DNA of 64,000 nt, taken from contig JBOHSN010000006.1 in the NCBI GenBank assembly GCA_050733215.1, forward strand, positions 4,708 through 68,707, in the 5' to 3' direction. Shown here piece by piece: positions 61,424-64,000 of the stretch. A program made the position numbers and the translations under genes. The notes under the pieces are model-generated. The model did not search any database and was not told the DNA's origin. It worked only from the letters and a program-made list of their open reading frames with translations. The DNA comes from Gemmatimonadales bacterium. GTDB lineage: Bacteria; Gemmatimonadota; Gemmatimonadetes; Gemmatimonadales; GWC2-71-9. Each line of letters opens with the position of its first letter. Position 1 is the stretch's first letter.

Positions 61424-61434
61424 GCGGTGAGCGG
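61412..61434. repeat. Heptamer tandem repeat GGTGAGC x3 (single arm) containing the hisC stop
   Basis: ggtgagc ggtgagc ggtgagc gg. TGA occurs at 61414, 61421 and 61428, so in all three frames. Confidence 0.95.
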
Positions 61435-61442
61435 GAGGTCCC

Positions 61443-62033
61443 GTGGCAAGGGTAGGCGACGTCACCCGTACCACCAAGGAAACCGAGCTGCGCGTCCGGG
61501 TCGATTTGGACGGCCGGGGCGAGGCGAGCATCCGCACCGGCATCGGCTTCTTCGACCACATGCTCGAGGCGCTGGCGCGCCACGCGCTACTCGATCTCGA
61601 GATCCAGGCGGCAGGCGACCTCCACGTGGACGGCCATCACACGGTCGAGGACACCGGAATCGCGCTCGGCCAGGCCATCGCGGAGGCGCTGGGCGACCGC
61701 GCGGGCATCCGCCGCTACGCCGATGCGGCGGTGCCGCTCGACGAAGCGCTGGTGCGCGTCGTACTCGATGTGTCCGGCCGCCCGTTCCTGGCGTACCAGG
61801 TGGACATCCCGAAGTGGCAGATGCTCGGCGACTACGACGTGTTCCTCACGCCGGAGTTCTTTCGCGCGCTGGTGACTCACGCGGGCGTCACCGCCCACAT
61901 CGACCTGATGCGGGGCGATAACCCGCACCACATCGTCGAGGCGGCGTTCAAGGCGTTCGCCAAGGCACTCGACGCCGCGACCGCGCTCGACCCCCGGGTG
62001 CACGGCGTGCCCTCGACCAAGGGCGTGCTGTGA
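61443..62033 (+). CDS. hisB: Imidazoleglycerol-phosphate dehydratase
   Basis: RTTKETELRV...GIGFFDHML...DGHHTVED motifs. GTG start preceded by GGGAGG. Confidence 0.95.
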   Translation: MARVGDVTRTTKETELRVRVDLDGRGEASIRTGIGFFDHMLEALARHALLDLEIQAAGDLHVDGHHTVEDTGIALGQAIAEALGDRAGIRRYADAAVPLDEALVRVVLDVSGRPFLAYQVDIPKWQMLGDYDVFLTPEFFRALVTHAGVTAHIDLMRGDNPHHIVEAAFKAFAKALDAATALDPRVHGVPSTKGVL

Positions 62034-62644
62034 TCGCAGTGGTGGATTACGGGGTGAACAACGTAAAGAGCGTCGTCCGCGCGCTCCTCGCGGGCGGCCA
62101 CGCTGCCGAGCTCACCGCCGAGCCCGGTGTGGTCCGCCGGGCCGACCGCGTGCTCCTGCCCGGCGTCGGCAACTTCGGGCAGGGCACGACGAATCTCGCG
62201 CGAACCGGCCTGGGCGATGCCGTGCGCGACGCGGCCGCCGCCGGCCGGCCCGTCATGGGCATCTGCCTCGGGCTCCAGCTCTGCCTCGAGCGGAGCGACG
62301 AAGCGCCGGACGCGCGAGGGCTCGGCCTGCTGCCGGGACGGGTGCGCCGCCTCGACGTGACCTTGCCGGTGCCCCACGTCGGCTGGGCCGAGGTGCGCCC
62401 GACCCCGGCGGGCCGTGCGCACCCCATGCTCCGCGCGCTGAACGGCGGCGAGTTCTTCTACCACGTGCACAGCTACCATCCGGCGGCCCTGCCCGACGAC
62501 GCGGTGCTCGCCACGGCGGATTACGGCTACGCCTTTGCCACGATCGTGGGGCAGGGGAACGTCGTCGGCGCCCAGTTCCACCCCGAGAAGTCGCAGCGCG
62601 CGGGGATCGAGCTGCTCTCGGCGTTCGCGAGGTGGGCGCCCTGA
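62030..62644 (+). CDS. hisH: Imidazole glycerol phosphate synthase, glutaminase subunit
   Basis: IAVVDYGVNNVKSV, the catalytic GICLG, and a C-terminal FHPEKS. Confidence 0.9.
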   Translation: MIAVVDYGVNNVKSVVRALLAGGHAAELTAEPGVVRRADRVLLPGVGNFGQGTTNLARTGLGDAVRDAAAAGRPVMGICLGLQLCLERSDEAPDARGLGLLPGRVRRLDVTLPVPHVGWAEVRPTPAGRAHPMLRALNGGEFFYHVHSYHPAALPDDAVLATADYGYAFATIVGQGNVVGAQFHPEKSQRAGIELLSAFARWAP

Positions 62645-63108
62645 CCACCGTCACCGTCTCACTGGTGGATGTGTACGTGCTGCGCGGCGCGGGGCCGAGA
62701 CTCGAATGCCTGGCGCTCCGGCGCGCGCCGGGTGGCCGCTGCCCCGGCTCGTGGGAGACCGTGCACGGGCACATCGAGCCGGGTGAGACACCGGCCGCGG
62801 CGGCACAGCGGGAGCTCCGGGAGGAAACCGGGCTGGCGCCGCTTCGCCTCTACAACCTCAGCCGGGTCGAGCTCTTCTATCAGCACCGCCCTGACGAAGT
62901 GGCGATGGTGCCGGTCTTCGCCGCGTTCGTGGACCCTGCAGCCGCCATGCGGATGAGTGGAGAGCACGACCGGTTCGAGTGGCTCAGTCCGGACGCGGCC
63001 CGCGGCCGCTTCGCCTGGCCGAGGGAACGGCGCGCGGTGGACGACCTCATCACGCTGGTGGGGAGTGGAGACGCCGGCGCCGTGGACGACGTGCTGCGCG
63101 TATGCTAG
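62632..63108 (+). CDS. NUDIX hydrolase
   Basis: Nudix box [23 protein letters not shown]. Confidence 0.75.
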   Translation: MGALTTVTVSLVDVYVLRGAGPRLECLALRRAPGGRCPGSWETVHGHIEPGETPAAAAQRELREETGLAPLRLYNLSRVELFYQHRPDEVAMVPVFAAFVDPAAAMRMSGEHDRFEWLSPDAARGRFAWPRERRAVDDLITLVGSGDAGAVDDVLRVC

Positions 63109-63860
63109 CGCGGCGCATCATCCCCTGCCTCGACGTCGCCGGCGGGAGGGTGGTCAAGGGGGTCCACTTCGAGTCGCTCCGCGACGCGGGCGATCCGGTC
63201 GAGCAGGCCGCACGGTACGACGCGGAGGGCGCGGACGAGCTCGTCTTCCTGGACATCTCAGCCACGACCGACGACCGCCGTACCACGCTCGACATGGTGA
63301 GCCGCGTGGCCGACACGGTGTTCATCCCGTTCACGGTGGGCGGCGGCATCCGGACGGTGGACGATGCGGGACTGGCGCTCCGTGCGGGCGCGGACAAGGT
63401 ATCGGTCAACACCGCGGCGGTCCGCGATCCGTCGCTGGTGGAGCGGCTCGCCGGGAGCTTCGGGTCGCAGTGCGTGGTGGCGGCGGTGGACGTGAAGCGC
63501 ATCGGCGGCCGGTGGGCCGTGATGGTGTCGGCCGGGCGGGAGGGGACGCCGCTCGAGGCAATCGAGTGGGTGCGGCGGCTCGAGCAGCTCGGCGCGGGGG
63601 AGATCCTGCTGACCAGCATGGACCGCGACGGCACGCAGTCAGGCTATGACCTCGAGCTGCTCCGGTCGGCGTCGGCCGCGGTGCGGATTCCGGTGATCGC
63701 GTCGGGCGGGGCGGGGAAGCTGGAGCACCTCGCGGAAGCGCTCGAAGCGGGCGCGCACGGGGTGCTCGCGGCGTCGATCTTTCACTTTCGGGGATCTACC
63801 ATTCCGGAGGCGCGGGAGTTCCTGCGGGCCAAAGGCTTCACAGTTCGGGTTACCCGATGA
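63102..63860 (+). CDS. hisF: Imidazole glycerol phosphate synthase, cyclase subunit
   Basis: [12 protein letters not shown]..., DELVFLDI and SGGAG motifs. The ATG at 63102 lies within ORF 62979..63860. Confidence 0.95.
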   Translation: MLARRIIPCLDVAGGRVVKGVHFESLRDAGDPVEQAARYDAEGADELVFLDISATTDDRRTTLDMVSRVADTVFIPFTVGGGIRTVDDAGLALRAGADKVSVNTAAVRDPSLVERLAGSFGSQCVVAAVDVKRIGGRWAVMVSAGREGTPLEAIEWVRRLEQLGAGEILLTSMDRDGTQSGYDLELLRSASAAVRIPVIASGGAGKLEHLAEALEAGAHGVLAASIFHFRGSTIPEAREFLRAKGFTVRVTR

Positions 63861-64000
63861 GGGGGAGTGGCGCCGCCCACCCGGTTGTCGCCCCCGCGTC
63901 GGCGCCGCTGCGCGCTTGTCAGTCCGGGCCTGGCAGCGTTCGGTGGCCCGCCACCGCTTGAGCGACGAGGCCGGCCACCAGGACGTACGCCTGCGGTTCC

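Noticed and set aside
1-64000. Search for tRNA, rRNA, transposase, integrase, phage or restriction-modification genes and classical defence islands
   Set aside because: No intergenic gap contains a tRNA-like T-arm (GTTCRAATC), and no ORF shows DDE/tyrosine-recombinase/terminase or cas/RM-type motifs that I can recognise. Absence cannot be proven without profile searches.

Overview
High-GC (roughly 70%) bacterial chromosomal segment, gene-dense (about 63 CDS), with Gram-negative hallmarks such as outer-membrane barrels and lipoproteins. It looks Gemmatimonadota- or Acidobacteria-like, but that cannot be established from the sequence alone. Most genes are housekeeping: mobB-mobA-fdhD-queD, gpmI, guaB, two APC permeases, nrnA, NifU/Mrp Fe-S factors, a quinone cluster ubiE-ubiD-ubiA-ubiX, mutM, purD, a trans-sulfuration enzyme, PMM/glmS, dtd-maf, trpE and hisC-hisB-hisH-(NUDIX)-hisF. 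Signalling genes are interspersed among them: two ECF sigma factors, an FHA-GAF-adenylate cyclase, a REC-HD-GYP protein, a GspE/PilB-type ATPase with a C-terminal receiver, and a 2126-aa Ser/Thr-kinase/STAND/GAF/PAS/sigma54-activator fusion. I recognised no rRNA, tRNA, CRISPR array, transposase or integrase; a vapBC pair is the only obvious accessory module. Two things stand out. (1) The giant kinase-sigma54 activator sits directly upstream of a near-consensus -24/-12 promoter that drives a STAS-ECF sigma operon, which suggests a sigma54 -> ECF cascade. (2) There is a pervasive set of about 50-160 nt hairpin modules built from inverted arrays of 7-, 8- or 10-nt tandem repeats, with at least 11 paired loci plus several single arrays. 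The heptamer class (RGTRAGC) carries a stop codon, so three or more copies give stops in all three frames. The stop-free decamer class (GCGGGAGRGG) occurs in frame inside coding sequences. Many long ORFs in the six-frame track are high-GC antisense shadows and were not called.
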